64,000 nt of DNA from Takakia lepidozioides (taxonomy: Eukaryota > Plantae > Bryophyta), in contig JAKLZA010000030.1 of the NCBI GenBank assembly GCA_030704615.1, positions 9,001-73,000 on the forward strand, in the 5' to 3' direction. Positions 63,415 to 64,000 of this stretch are shown here, one piece after another; position 1 is the stretch's first letter, and each line of letters begins with the position of its first letter. Made by a program: the position numbers and the translations under genes. The notes under the pieces were generated by a model, which saw only the letters and a program-made list of their open reading frames with translations, did no database searches and was not told the origin of the DNA.

Positions 63415-63765
63415 TGAAGGCATGCTCCACACATGCCCCACTCTCACCACCAGAGAATCAGCCCCTTTGCTTTCTTTCTTGCACCCACCAACCTGAAAAT
63501 ACATGCTTCAGCGGGCTAGAAGCATGCTCCACACATGCCCTACAGGGAAACCAGCCCCTTCCTTCCTTTCTTGCACTCCCAAACTTGAAAGTACAAGCCT
63601 TCAATAGGCCGAAAGCATGCTCCACACATGCATTGCCCTCACATAAGGGAAGTCAGCCCTTCCCTCTTCCTTGCTTGCCCTCCAAGCTTGAAGATGGAAG
63701 TTTCAATGAGCTGAATACATGCTCCACACATGCAACCTCTTCACACAAGAGGTATCAGCCCCTTA
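63415..63765. repeat. Four ~100-bp direct repeats
   Basis: CATGCTCCACACATGC...CAGCCC(C)TT at ~63421, 63523, 63616 and 63718. Confidence 0.85.
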
Positions 63766-64000
63766 TCTTGGCTCCTTGGCTCCTTGATGCTCTCTAAGAC
63801 AAGACTAAGCACTCCACATCATTTGCCAAGCTCCTGAAACCCTAAGGCTTACATTTCCACCCACAAGACACTCCTCTTGTGGTGCAAGAGTTTTTCTTCC
63901 AAGCTCTGAAACCCTAGGTGCACATTCCATGGCCTTGCCGCACCTCTTAGCTCCTGTTCAAGCCCCGCTCTTGCCATGGCAAGAGCCCTCATACCGCTGG

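Larger units (their letters stand above)
54359..64000 (-). mobile_element. Ty3/Gypsy LTR retrotransposon encoding gag-PR-DNMT-RT-RH-INT-PHD; 5' LTR lies beyond the window
   Basis: Colinear minus-strand ORFs with all canonical Gypsy motifs in RT-RH-INT order, plus PPT and 3' LTR. Confidence 0.93.

Overview
Eukaryotic nuclear DNA from a seed-free land plant (bryophyte/lycophyte-like). Evidence: spliceosomal introns, TTTAGGG-type telomere motifs, and plant SBT2 subtilase, plastid MinE and DMP/DUF679 genes. Bases 1-32 kb and 53-64 kb are nested transposons; 32.8-51 kb is a small gene island. The most striking element is a minus-strand Ty3/Gypsy LTR retrotransposon (~54.36-64 kb) whose pol reads protease - C5 cytosine DNA methyltransferase (DNMT3-like, catalytic motifs present) - RT - RNase H - integrase - PHD finger. 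A second copy of this family begins the window. A 14-kb cluster of endonuclease-less Penelope-like retroelements has telomeric repeats at its junctions and a minimal hammerhead ribozyme. Also present: Tat-like Gypsy elements with extra ORFs, a Fot1/pogo DNA transposon with its empty site in the window, a Crinkler-like REase gene fragment, and a CACAGCC array shared by two unrelated retrotransposon families. Single-base deletions disrupt nearly every ORF, including conserved host genes, so many frameshifts are probably assembly errors. All calls are by-eye motif recognition; no database searches were run.
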